Positions 15,711 through 30,040 of a DNA stretch of 64,000 nucleotides are shown here, in pieces. Within the stretch, counting starts at the first letter, position 1, and each line of letters opens with the position of its first letter. The translations under genes and the position numbers were made by a program. The notes beneath the pieces are model-generated. The model did not search any database. It was given only the letters and a program-made list of their open reading frames with translations, and was not told the DNA's origin. This DNA is from the human T2T-CHM13v2.0 reference genome, Homo sapiens: NCBI RefSeq assembly GCF_009914755.1, contig NC_060934.1; one strand, 5' to 3'.

Positions 15711-15954
15711 AGTGATTTTTAAAACACCATGATATACTCAAGAGCAGAGATACCAGGAACAGAGATGATGAAATGCAGAGCAAATCCTCAGGCATCATTA
15801 TTTGATACTAAGAGGATCGTTAGCCCCTATTTGGCTTTTAAATGTTATAAGGGTATTCAGAAATTCAATATAAGGATGCAAGTATTTCTGATCAACCATA
15901 TATATTCATCGCTAAACTAAAAATGATGATACTTTTAAATGGAGCAAGAGTAAC

Positions 15955-16207
15955 CATGTATTGTTGAAGACGACAGATTTTAGAATCATTAGCACTAATT
16001 CCCAAATCCTAGTTGTAAAGCTGGGACAAGTTATTTAACCCCTGCTGAACTTCAGTTTCCTCATCTTTAAAATGGCAGTATTTTATCACATGTACCCCCA
16101 AAATATGTATATCTATTATGTATCAATTTAAAAATGAATTAAATGGTGGTATTTGGAAACCTGCTTAGTAGGGTAGTTGTGAGGATTAAATGAGATAAAA
16201 TATAAAG
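15955..16207 (+). mobile_element. MIR (5' part; resumes at ~26462-26505 after the L1 insertion)
   Basis: TGGGACAAGTTATTTAACC..CAGTTTCCTCATCT..GTGAGGATTAAATGAGATAA, continuing as AAAGTGCCTT..GTAGGTGCTCAAGAAATGTT. Confidence 0.7.
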
Positions 16208-16539
16208 CAGAGTCCCAGCCAGATGTCAGCAAGATGGTAGAATAAGACTTTCCAGCACTCATCACCCCTATAGACACATCCATTTGAACAACTAACCACA
16301 CACAAACGAACCTTCACAATAGCTAAGAAAACTAGGTGAGAGATTATAGCACCTAGGCATAGCACAAAAAATAAGAAAAGACATACTGAAGAGAATAAGA
16401 GGGACAATTTTACCCATGTCACCCCTCCTCCGACTCTAGGCAGCACATCATGGAGAGAGAAGGAAAGAGAAGGAAGTGAGCAATCCGACTTTGCCTTGGA
16501 CCCTGAAACTGGGCCCTCCTCAGTAAAGTCCAGTGCTGG

Positions 16540-17910
16540 ACAGGCCCCCATGGCCCCAGAACGAGCCTCCAAACCTTCCCTCATGCCAAGCCAGATCCTG
16601 CAGCATCAGCTTTTGGCCTGCCTAGCAGATTCAGTCTCCAGGCCCATCCCACCACGAGGATGACCCCAGCAGTCCCAGGCTTCAGACCAGCCTCAGCACT
16701 AGCCTGGCCCAACCCCAGCAACAGGCCAGCCCCCAGAGACTCAGACTACAGGCCAGCCCCCAGGGCCAGGATAGCCCCAGTGACATGAGATCCTAGACAA
16801 TCCCCAGCTCCAAGATGGCTCCCTGCAGCCCTAGTCACGAGCCAGCACCCTCAAACCCAGTCTGTACGCAGGCTCCTACAACTACAGGCTCCAAGCCCAC
16901 CAAACACCTGGCCAGTCCCTATGGTCTCAGATTCCAATCCTACTCCAGGTTTCAGACCATCCAAGCCAGGTCAGCAACCCTGGCCTCATGTACCAGGCCA
17001 ACAGCTATGGACACAGGCTCCAGGCCCGCCCAGTGCCAGGCCAATCCCTGCAGCCCCATACTTCAGCAGACCCAGAATTCAGTACTGCTCAATCAGACCC
17101 AGGATCCAGGCCCATCCCAACAGACTCCTGCACTAGACTGGCCCCCACAGACACAGGCTTCAGGAGCTCCCTGTGGGCCCAGGTTCCAGACCCAAGACTG
17201 AAACCAGCCCTCGAAAACCTACCATCCAGGCCAGCACCCACACGCTGAACCAACCGCCAGGCTGGCCCTAGTGGACCCAGTCTCCAGGGAAGTTCTCATG
17301 GCCCCAGGCTCCAAGGCCAGCACCCATAGCTCCAGGACCAGGTTAGCACCCATAATCTCAGGCTCCAGGCCAGTTGCCACAAACCCAGAAGCCAGGCCCG
17401 CTCCGCCAGGCCCGCTCCACCAGGCCCAAGGGTCCAGGCCCACTCCAGCAGACCCTGGTGACAGATATGACCCCACAGGCCAAGGTTCCAGGACCACCCC
17501 TAGAAACCCAGGCTATAGGCCAGCACTTATAGACACAGACTCCAAGCCTGTCTCAGTGGATCTTATAGACACAGACTCCAGGCCTGTCCCATTGGATCCA
17601 GGAGCCAGGTACATCCCAGCACATTGTCAGCCCCTGTACAATCCAGGTCAAGGCCCACACCAGTGCCAGGTCCCCTACATTGGACCCAGACTTCAGGCTG
17701 ATGACCATTCATACAGGCCCCAGGCATGCCTTCAAAAACCTAGGCTCGAGGCCCAATCCCACAAACCCAAACAACAGACCCACCCCAGTAGATCCAGGCT
17801 CCAGGTCCAACCCCATGTAACCAGGTCCCAGGCCCACACACCTGCTGACTCAGGAACTAGGCCAGCCTGCCTGATGACTCCAGCAGCAGTCCATCCCATG
17901 GACCATGCCA
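16540..17910 (+). repeat. Degenerate C-rich tandem array (CCAGG-based units, ~25-36 bp) in the L1 5' region
   Basis: Recurrent GACCCAGGCTCCAGGCC-like units; near-exact 36-bp tandem copy at 17526-17597. Confidence 0.75.
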
Positions 17911-18454
17911 GATAACCTTCCCTTAATCTCTGGACTGTCTCACTGCTTAAGGGCTTTCCTAGACAAAACCAGTCTGCAAAAATTCAAATAAGTTCCTACT
18001 TCACAAAATGCACAGACATCAATGTAAGGTAACAGGAAACATGAAAAAAACCTAGGAAATATTAACACCACTGAAAGAACACAATAATCTCCCAATAGCT
18101 GACTCCAAAGAAATGGAGATGTATAAACCGCCTGATAAATAATTTAAAGTAATTATTTTGAGGAAGCTCAACAAACCTCAAGAAAATACAGTAGACCTGT
18201 GACCAGCACCATGTAAATAAACTCCATGGGTTCAACTACATGCAGATTTTTTGAATAAATATATGGAAACATTTTTTGGAGATTTGGAAAAATTTGAAAA
18301 AAAGTTGCAGATAAACTGCATAGCACAGAAATATTTAAAAAAAGAAAATGTTAAGTATGGCATGAATTCACAAAATATATGTAGATAGTAGTCTATGTTA
18401 TTTACTGCAATAAAATATATGCAAATCTTTATGAGTTAATATTTTTCAACACTT

Positions 18455-18805
18455 TGCAGCCATAACAAAGAATGAAATGTCCTTCACAACAACATGTATA
18501 GAGCTGAGGCCATTATCCTAAGTGAACTAACTCAGAAAACCAAATGCTGCATGTTCTCACTTATAAGTGGAAGCTAAACAATGGGTACACATGGTCATAA
18601 AGATGTAAATAATAGACACCAGCAACTCCAAAAGCAGGGAAGGTAGGAGGGAAGCAAGGGCTGAAAAATTACTTATTGGTTACAATGTTCACTGTTTGGG
18701 TACTGGGTATTCTAGAAGCCCAGTCCCTACCAGTATGTAACATGCCCATGTAACAAAGAAGCACGTGTAGCTCCCGAATCTAAAATAAAATTTTAAAACT
18801 AAAAA
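18455..18805 (+). mobile_element. L1 3' fragment (L1PB-like) inside Tigger2
   Basis: CATGTTCTCACTTATAAGTGG...GAATCTAAAATAAAA. Confidence 0.8.
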
Positions 18806-18850
18806 AATAGACCAGATCTGGTCTGAGTAATGTTTAAGAGAAAAAAAATA

Positions 18851-19197
<347 letters not shown>

Positions 19198-19862
19198 CTA
19201 CACAAACACAAACTGGACACGCCAATTCACAGTCAAAAGAAATGTAAAAAGATATAAAATGCAGTATTAAACCATAACTGCGTAAAATTAACTGTTGTAC
19301 ATACCATACTACTATATTAATTCTGTAGCCACCTGCTATTGCTAAGTAGTAAGTTCAAGTCTTGGGAGCACCAACCTAAAATGCCATGTGATGCTAACCA
19401 TCTCTGCATGAGCAATTTGTCTCTCCAATAAACTACATATGGCAGTAAAAAGTGATCTCTTATGGTTCTCACATATTTTCCACCATGTTTAGTACAATGC
19501 TGCAAACCTTGACTAACATCATGGGACTCATATGAAGTGTCACTGGTGATGCTGGAAGTGCTCCCAAGAAGCCAAGAAAAGTAATGACATTATAAGAAAA
19601 AGTTCAACTGCTTGATACATACTGTAGGTTGAGGTCTGCAACTGCAGATGTCCACCATTTCAAGATAGATAAATCCAGCATAAAGATCATTATGAAAACA
19701 GAATAGGAAATCTGTGAAACTGTCAGTGCAGCTACAACAGCAGGTGCAAAAACCTTACACATTTGCAAAAAACAAAATATGTGTTAATCTACTGTTCCAT
19801 AAGGCTTCTGGTCAAAAGAAGGCTATTAGTACTTATGTTTTTCAGAAATAAAGTTATGCATA

Positions 19863-20121
19863 TGCTGGGCACAGTGTCTCATGTCTGTAATCCCAGCAAT
19901 TTGAGAGGCCAAGGCAGGTGGATCACTTGAACTGAGGAATTCAAGCCTAGCCTGGGCAACATGGTGAAACCCAATGTCTACAAAAAATTAGCCGGGGGTG
20001 GTGGCATGCGCTATGGTCTCAGCTACCTGGGAGGCTGAGGTAGCAGGATCGCTTGAGCCCAGGAGGTCAAGGCTGCAGTGGTTGACAGAGCAAGACCCTG
20101 TCTCAAAAAAAAAAAAAAAAA
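19863..20121 (+). mobile_element. Alu (J-like, internally deleted)
   Basis: Alu flanked by AAAGTTATGCA/AAAGTTATACA TSD-like repeats. Confidence 0.92.
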
Positions 20122-21339
20122 GTTATACAGATTTGTGAATGCATGGCAAATTGGCACTCCTAACCCCCATGTTGTTCCAGGGTCAATGGTAAAAAGAAAC
20201 AAATGAAATCTGGAAACCAATAAATGACCAAAATTATAAGTATAACGAGAAATTGAAATTATCTTTTAAAATTAAACATAAATTCTGGAGCTTAAAAAAT
20301 ACAATGAATCAACTGAAAAATGCAATAGAGAGCCTCAACAGCAGAATTGATCAAGCAGAAGATAGAATCAATGAAATCAAAGACTGGTTATTTTGAAATA
20401 TATAACCAGAGGAGAAAAGTGTAAAGGAATGAAGAAAGTTTACAAGATTTATGAGACAGCATCAAAAGGACAAATTTTTTAGGTATAAGAGTTCAAAAAG
20501 AATAAGAGGAAGACTAGGAAAGAAAGCTTATTTTAAAAAATAATAGCAGAATATTTTCCAAATCTAGAGAAAGATATAAATATCCAGGCACAGGAAAGTC
20601 AAAGATCTTTAATCAATTGCAATCCAAATAAGACTACAAGGCATTTTATCATCAAACTGTTAAAAATCAAAGATTGAGAGATTTCCAAAACCAGCAAAAG
20701 AAAAGTAGCAAATGACATATAAGGGAGTTATAATAAGGCTAGCAGAAGACTTCTCAGCAGAAACTTTATAGGCCAGGAGACAGAAGGATGACATATTCTA
20801 AGGGCTAAAAGAAAAAAATACCCAATCATAGATACCGTACCCAGCAAAGCTGCCTTTCCAAAATAAAAGATAGACAGACTTTCCCAGACAAATAAAGGCT
20901 AAGGAACTCATCATCACCAGACGTGTCTTTTAAGAAATGCTAAAGGGAGTTCTGAAAGAAAAAGATGCTAACTAGCAACACCAAAACCCACTAAGATATA
21001 AAAATCACTGATAAAAGGGAGTCGAATTCAGAAAAATACTGTAATGATAGTATGTGAATAATTTATATCTTTAGTATAATGCTTACAAGACAAAATTACT
21101 AAAAGTACTAAAAATAATAATGGCTATAATAAAGGAACCTTAACAATAAAAGTTTTTAAAGAATATGCAATATACAAAGATATAAATTGTGACATCATAA
21201 ACATAACATGTGGAGGGAGTAGAGTGAAGGTGTTGAGTTGTTTTATGTGATCGAAGTTACTACAGTTTTAAAAAGCCTAAAATAACTATGTTTTTATATA
21301 AGCTTCACTCTAAATACAAAGCAAAAACCTATAGTAGGT

Positions 21340-21750
21340 TTAATAGCCACCCCCGACCTTATTCACAAGGGATACAGTTCAAGATCCCCAGTAGATGCCT
21401 GAAACCACACATAGTACCAAACCATATAATATATATAATGTTTTCTCTTATACATACATACCTATGATAAAGTTTAATTTATAAATTAGGCACAGTAAGA
21501 GATTAACAATAACTAATAATAAAATGGAACAATTATAACAATATACTATAATTTATTATAGTATAATTATATTATAATATAAGAAGTTATACTATAATAA
21601 AATAGTATTATAACAAGTTATACCATAATAAAATTCAAACATGTAAATGTTTTCTTTCTTCCTCTTTCTCTCTCAAAATATCTTATTGTAATGTACCATA
21701 GTAACTGAAAGTTCAGAAAGCAAAACGATGGACAAAAAGAAACTATTGTA
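21340..21750. mobile_element. MER44/Tigger7-family element
   Basis: CCCCAGTAGATGCCTGAAACC...CCTATGATAAAGTTTAATTTATAAATTAGGCACAGTAAGAG. Confidence 0.75.
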
Positions 21751-21946
21751 CACAAAAGATCAAAAACGAATCAAAGCAAAATACTATTAAAAAAATCACC
21801 TAATCAGAAATGAAGACAAGACAGGAAGAAAGAAACAAACAAAACTACCAGAAAACATTAACAAAATCACAATAGTAAGTCCTTACCTATCAATAGTTAC
21901 CTTGAATGTAAATGAATTACATTGTCCATTCAAAAGGCATTAGAGT

Positions 21947-22253
21947 GGCTAGGTACAGTGGCTTATGTCTGTAATTCCAGCACTTTGGGAGGCCAAAGCA
22001 GGCATATTTCTTGAGCCCAGGAATTCAAGACCAGCCTGGGCAACATGGCAAAACCCCATCTCTGCAAAAAATACAGAAAATTAGCCAGGCATGATGGTGC
22101 ATGCCTATAGTCCCAACTATGTGAGAGGAATGAGGTGGGAGGATCACCAACCCAGCGGGTCGAGGCTGCAGTCAGCCATGATTACACCACTGCACTCCCA
22201 CCTGGGTGACAGAGTGAGATCCAGTCTCAAAAAAATAAAAATAAAAAAAAAAA
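21947..22253 (+). mobile_element. Alu (J-like)
   Basis: Dimer; TSD AAAAGGCATTAGAGT/AAAAGACATAGAGT. Confidence 0.93.
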
Positions 22254-23150
22254 GACATAGAGTGACTGAATGGATTTAAAAAAATACTCAACTAAATGCT
22301 GCCTACAAGAGACTTACTTCTCCTTTAAGGACACAGGCTGAAAATGAGGGGATGAGGAAACCTACTCCATGCAAAAGGAAACCAAAAGAGAAGAGGGGTA
22401 GCTATAACTTAGATCAAATGTACTTTAAGTCAAAAGCTGTTAAACAGACAAAAAAGGTCATAAAACATGATAAAGGGATTAATTAATGAACATATAATAG
22501 TTAAAAATATCTGTGCAACAAACATTGCAGCACCTAAATATATAAAGCAAAAATTAATAGATCTCAAGGGAGTGATAGACAAATACAATAATAGCAGGGT
22601 ACTTCAATAACCTACCTTCAGCGATTATCCAGAGAGAAAATTAATAAGGAAAAACTGGACATGAACAATACTACAAACCAATTGGACATAACAGACATAT
22701 ATAAAACATTCCATCCAACAGCAGCAAAACATACATTCTTCTTGAGCACATACGGAAAATTCTCCAGGATTGGTCACATATTAGGCCACAAACAAATCTT
22801 AACAAATTAAGGAAGACTGAAATCATATCAAATATATTTTCCAACCACAATAGTATAAAACTAGAAACCAGTAACAGGAAGAAATTCAGAAATTTCACAA
22901 ATACATGGTAATTTAACAACATGCTGCTAAATAACCAATTGATCAATGGAGAAATTAAAAGGCAAATTTTAAAATATTGTAAGACAAATAAAAATGGAAC
23001 CACAATATACCAAAACTTATGGGAAGCAGCAAAATAAGATGCAAGTTTATAGCAATAAATGCTTACAGGGGAAAAAAAAGATTTTAAATAACCTAACATT
23101 ATGCCTGAAGGAACTAGAAAAAAAGAACAAACTAGGCCCAAAGTTAGTAG

Positions 23151-23532
<382 letters not shown>

Positions 23533-26500
23533 TTAGAGCTGTTTTTTTGAAAAGATAAAATCAACAAATCTTTAGCTAGATTAAGAAAAAAGAGAAAAAA
23601 CTAAAATAAATAAAATTATAAATGAAACAGGAGGCATTACAACTTGTACCGCAGAAACACAAAGATCCTAAGAAAACTACCAAGAGCAGTTATATGCAAG
23701 AAAATCGAATAACCTGGAAGAAGTGGATAAATTCCTAGACACACACAACCTACCAAGACTGAATCGTGAAGAAATAAAAAATCTGAACAGACCAATAATG
23801 ACTAAGGAGACTGAATCAGAAATAAAAGATCTCTCCTCAAAGAAAAGGCCAGGATCCGACAGCTTCCCTGCTAAATTCTACCAAACATTTAAAGAACTAA
23901 TACCAATCCTTCTCAAATGCTTCCAAAAAATTGAAGAAGAGGGAATACTTCCAAACTCATTTTATGAGACCAGAATTACCTTGATACAAAAGCCAGACGA
24001 TGATACTACAAGAAAAGATAATTATGGACCAATATCTCTGATGAATATAGTTGAAAAATTCCTCAACAAAATGCTAACAAACTGAATTCAACAGCACATT
24101 AAGAGAATCATTCACCATGAACAAGTAGAATTTATCTCAGGGATACATGGATGATTCAACATACACAAATCAATAAATGTGTTACACCATATTAATAGAA
24201 TGAAGGACAAAAACCTTATGATCATCTCAACAGATGTAGAAAAAGCATCTGACAAAATTTTATGCCCTTTTATGATACAAACTCTCCACAAATTAAGTAT
24301 AGAAGGAATGTACCACCACACAATAAAGGCCATGTATGACAAACTCACAGCTAACGTTATACTCAACAGTGAAAAGTCGAAAGCTCTTCTGCTAAGATGA
24401 GGAATAAGATAAAGATGCCCTCTCTCACCACTTCTATTCAATATGAACTGGAAGTCCTAGACAGATCAATTAGGCATAAAGAAGAAATAAAGGCTCCAAG
24501 TTGGAAAGGAAGAAGTTAGACTATCCCTCTTTCCAGACATAATCTTATATCTAGAAAACCCTAAGATTCAACCAAAAAACTGTCAGAACTATATACAAAT
24601 TCAGTAAAGTTGCAGGGTACAAAATCAACATACAAAACTCACAAGCATTTTTGTACACTAACAATGAACTATCCAAAAAAAAGAAATGAAGACAACAATT
24701 CTATTTATAATAGCTTTTACAAAAAAAAAATACTTAGAAATATTTAACCAAACAGGTAAAAGACTCGTACACATAAGAGCTATCCCATGTTCATGGATTC
24801 AAAGAATAAATATCATTGAAATATCCATACTATCCAAAGAGATTCAATGCTGTCCCTAACAAAATCCCAATGGTATTTTTCATAGATTTAGAAAAAATCC
24901 TAAAATTCATATGGAAGCCCAGAAGACCCCAAACAGCCAAAACAATCTTGAGCAAAAAGAACTAAGCTGGAGGCCTCACACTACCTGACTTCAAAATAGA
25001 CAACAAAGCTATCGTAATAAAAAGAAAAAAAAGTATGGTACTGGCATTAAAAAATGGCACATATACCAATGGAACAGAACCGAGACGCCAGAAATGGAGC
25101 CACACATTACACTCAACTGATTTTTGACAAAATTGCCAAGAACAGGCAATAGGGAAAAGACAGCCTCTTCAATAAATGGTGTTGAGAAACTGGATATCCA
25201 CATGCAGAAGAATGCAATTAGACCTTTATCTCACATCTTATACAAACATCAACTCAAAATGGATTAAAGGGTTAAATTTAAGACCTGAAACTATAAAACT
25301 ATTAGAAGAACACATACAGGAAAAGCTCCATTACATTGGCCTGGGCAATAATTTTTTGGATATGAACAGGCAACAAAATAAAAATTTGACAAATGGGATT
25401 ACATCAAACTAAAAAGCTTGTGCACAGCCAAGGAAACAATCAACACAGGGAAGAGACAACCTAAAAAATGAGAAAATATTTGCAAACCACACATCTGATA
25501 AGCAGTTAATATTCAAAATATATAAAGAACACAACTCAACAGCAAGAAAACAAATATTTTTAAATGGGCAAAGTCATTTCACAAAAGAAGATGGACAAAT
25601 GGCCAAAAAGTATATGGAAAAATGTTCAACGTCACTGATTATCAGGGAAATGCAAATTAAATCCATAGTGACATCATCTCACATCTGTTAGAATAGCTAT
25701 TATCAAAAAGACAAAAGATAATAAGTGTTGGTGAGGGTGTAGAGAAAAGGAAACCCTTGCATACTTGGTGGGAATGTAAATCAGTAGAGCCATTATGGAA
25801 AACAGTACGGAAGTTCCTCAAGAAACTAAAAATCCAGCAATCCCACTACTAGATATATATACATAGGAAATGAAATCACTATGTCAAACAGATAGCTGCA
25901 CTTCCATGTTCACTGCAACATTATTCACAATAGTCAAGATAAAGAACCCACTTAAGTGTCCATCAACAGATAAATAAAGAAAATGTGGTATATATACATA
26001 TACAACAGAATATTATTCAGCCTTGAAAAAGAAGGAAATCCTGTCATTTGCAATAACATGGATGAACCTAGGCAACATTAGGGTAAGTGAAATGAACCAG
26101 GCACAAAAAGAATACTACCACACAATCTCATTTATATTTGTAAACCCACAGAAGCAGAGAGTAAAATGGTGGTTATTGTGGGGCAGAGGGTTGGTTTGGG
26201 AGATATTGCTCAAAGGATATAAAATTTCAGTTATAAAAGAATACCTTCAAGAGATCTACTGTACAACATAATGACTACGGTTAGTAACAATATTCTTTAA
26301 AATCGCTAAGAGAATAGATTAAGTATTCTCACCACAGAAAAATTAAAAAGTATGTGAGGTAATATATATGTTAATTAGCTCCACTGAGCCATTCCACAAG
26401 GTATACATATTTCAAAACATCATATTGTAAATAATATAGAATGTTTTTGCCAGTTAAATAAATAAAGTGCCTTGCAGAGGGTAGGTGCTCAAGAAATGTT

Positions 26501-27409
26501 TATTCCCTTCCTTTCAAAGAAATTAGGGCCATTGACTTCAATAAGGAGGTTACCATTTTAGCATAAGGCCTGGAATAGGACAACAACAGACCAAAGGTAG
26601 AGTGAGAAATACCAAAAGCAGTCAAACAGGTAGGAAAGAGAATTGGCACTGTATCAAAAAAGCTTCATTATACTCGAACTAAAAGAAACATTCTCTTACA
26701 GAAAAAACTGAGTCTCAAAATAAGAATGAAATTTTTTTTCTACCTTAAGAAAAAATAAGACTTCTAAGGTAAGTCCAAAATGCAGAGAAGAGAAAAAATA
26801 CTCTTGGAATAAAATATTCTGGGTCATTATACTTGAACAAGAAGAAAAAAAAATTCCCTAAAGAGTTCAACATTGATGATTTGCTTCATAAACAATCTCT
26901 GATAAAGAACCATACAATTATTATAGAGACCACCTCTGGCCATAGGTTCCATCCCTCTGCTGTCCAAGATCATAATGTCCATGATCAAAGGAAAGCATCA
27001 TCATATTTCATTGAGCATTTGGCAAAAAAAACAAAAAACACCATTTTCTTTGAGACACCACACCCACACACAACTTCAGTTTGAGGCATATATCTTATAC
27101 AATGTCACTGTCAATTGCCAGAGCCATTAAGAGGCATAGAAGGCTTATGTTCTCCCTTGAGTATTTGTGCTCTGGGTTCACGTTTTTAGAAAAAAAAAAA
27201 AATTCAAATGAGGCATTAAGAATTATGCACCAAGTCAAACTGCCCACCAATGGGCAGAGGTGGGGGAGCATGGATGTGAAATCCTGGCTCTGTTCCTTAT
27301 AATCTATGCGGCCTTATGCAAGTCTGAGCCTCAATTTCCTCTTCTACAAAATGGGAATAATAACAGAATCTACCTCTCAGAGACATTGTGAAAATTAAAT
27401 GAGATAATT

Positions 27410-29475
27410 ACCAAATTAAAAAACATTTGTTCTTGAAAGGACATGCTCAAGGAAGTAAAAAGAATCCACAGAATGAGGGGAAAATTTTGTAAATCATATG
27501 TTTGATAAAGGACTTATATCTAGAATATATGAAAAACTCTTACAACTCAATAATAAAAAGACAAATAAATGAATTTAAAAAGGGATAAAGAATCTGAAGA
27601 GACATTTCTCAAAAGAAGATCTACAAATGGTCAAAAAGCACAGGAAAAGATGCTCAACATTATTAGCCATCGGGGAATAAAAATCAAAACCATGATGAGA
27701 TACCATTTCACACCTACTAGGATGTCAAGAATCAAAATGAGAGCCATTAACACGTGTTGGCATGGATGTGGAAAAACTGGCACCCTCATACCCTGCTGGT
27801 TCAAATGTGAAATGGTATAGCCATTGGGGAAAACAATTTGTCATTTTCTCAAAGAGGATAGAATTACCACATGACCCAGCATATATTCCTACTCCTTGGT
27901 ATATACTCAAGAGAAGGGAAAACATATGTCCATACAAAAACTTGTATACAAATTTTCATAGCAGCATATTCATAACAGCCAAAAAGTCAATTAAACTAAT
28001 AAATGGTTAAATGAAATGTGGTATATTCATACAGTGGAATATAATTTAGTCATAAAAGGAAATGAAATACTAATATGTGCTATAACAAGTATTAACTTTG
28101 AAAACTTTGTTAACTTAAAGAAGACAGTCACACAAATGGGATCTAATTAAGCTAAAGAGCATCTACACATCAAAAGAAACTATCATCAGGGTGAACAGGC
28201 AACCTACAGTATGGGGGAAAAATTTTGCAATCTGTCCATCTGGCAAAGGTCTAATATCCAGAATCTACAAGCAACTTAAACAAATTTACAAGAAAAAAAA
28301 AACCATCAAAAAGTGGGTGAAGGATATGAACAGACACTTCTCAAAAGAAGACATTTAAGTGGCCAAAAAACATATGATAAAAAGTTCAACATCACTGATC
28401 ATTAGAGAAATGCAAATCAAAACCACAATGAGATACCATCTCACATCAGTCAGAATGGCGATTATTAAAAAGTCAAGAAACTACACATGCTGGTGAGGCT
28501 GTGGAGAAATAGTAACATTTTTACACTGTTGGTGGGAATGTAAATTAGTTTAACCATTGGGGAAGACAGTGCACCAATTCCTCAAGGATTTAGTACCAGA
28601 AGTACCATTTGACTCAGCAATCCCATTACTGGGTATATACCCAGAGGAATATAACTCACCCGGCCCAACCTAAACTATAAAAACACATGCACCCATATGT
28701 TTACTGCAACACTATTTACAATAGAAAAGACATGGAACCAACCCAAATGCCCACCAATGACGGACATTTCTTTATTTTCACCAATGAAGAAAATGTGGTA
28801 CATATACACCAAGGAATACTATGCAGTCATAAAAAGGAATGAAATCATGCTTTGCAAGGACATGGATGAAGCTGTAAGCCATCATCTTCAGCAAACTAAC
28901 ACAGGATCAGAAAACCAAACACTGCATGTTCTCACTCATAAGTGGGAGCTGAACAACGAGAACACATGGACACAGGGAGGGAAACATCACCACCAGGGCC
29001 TGTCGGCGGGGTAGGGGGGCGAAAGGAGGGAGAGCATCAGGACAAATATCTAATGCATGCAGGGCTTAAAACCTAGATGACAGGTTGATGTAGCAAACCA
29101 CCATGGCACAAGTATACCTAGGTAACAAATCTGTACTTTCTGCACATGTATCCCTGGAATTTAAAGTAAAATAAAATTTTAAAAAGCGTCACAAACGACC
29201 ACATGTTGTATGATTCCCATCATATGAAATATCCAAAATAAGCAAACCAATAGAGACAGAAGGTAGATTAGTGGTTGCCTAAGGCTGGGATGGAAAAGTT
29301 ATGAGGAAACGGCCACGGAGTGAGAGTTTTCCTTTTGGGCTAATGAAAATGTTTTAAAATTGACTGTGGCAATGGCTGCACAGCTCTAACTATAATAGAA
29401 GTCACTGAATGGTAAACTTTAAATGGTATGTGCATTGTATAGGATGTGAATTCTATCTCAATAAAGCTGTTTTTA
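27410..29475 (+). mobile_element. L1MB-like 3' fragment inserted in a MIR (27265-27410 and 29480-29560)
   Basis: ORF2 end and L1MB 3'UTR (GTAGATTAGTGGTTGCCTAAGGCTGG...TATCTCAATAAAGCTGT). Confidence 0.8.
28130..29185 (+). mobile_element. 5'-truncated L1PA (PA8-10-like) nested in the L1MB
   Basis: CAAATGGGATCTAATTAAGCTAAAGAGC...GGGCTTAAAACCTAGATGA...GAATTTAAAGTAAAATAAAA. Confidence 0.88.
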
Positions 29476-29733
29476 AAGGAAGATTAAATAAGACAAATAC
29501 TTGTAAAGTGTTTAGCACAGTGCCTAGCACCTTGGAACGGTTCAATAAATGTAGTCTGATAATGCTGCTGATATTGTTGCTACTTCCAGAAGAAAATACG
29601 TTTAATCTAAAAAATGTTTGTCATGCATGTAATTGATGAGAATAACCTGGTCCTTTAATCTCAAAATTATGAAACCATTCTGAAATGCAGAGGAAGCTTT
29701 TAAAAATCTCGGCAATGGTCTAATAACCTAAAC

Positions 29734-30040
<307 letters not shown>

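Noticed and set aside
16540-17910. CRISPR-like repeat-spacer array
   Set aside because: Eukaryotic DNA; units are degenerate, with no invariant repeat separated by unique spacers.
17271-17915. 214-aa Pro/Gln-rich ORF and overlapping ORFs at 16815-17497
   Set aside because: They arise from a stop-poor C-rich tandem array in an L1 5' region, are open in several frames and resemble no protein I recognise.
18809-18824. 16-bp palindrome AGACCAGATCTGGTCT after an L1 tail
   Set aside because: Short and isolated, with nothing linking it to a function.
23723-25412. L1 ORF2-like ORFs as an active retrotransposon
   Set aside because: Fragmented by stops, frameshifts and insertions. Both long L1s are dead.
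26873-26902. Box C (TGATGA) and box D (CTGA) pair
   Set aside because: Only ~30 nt long with no terminal stem; too short for a snoRNA and antisense to the host gene.
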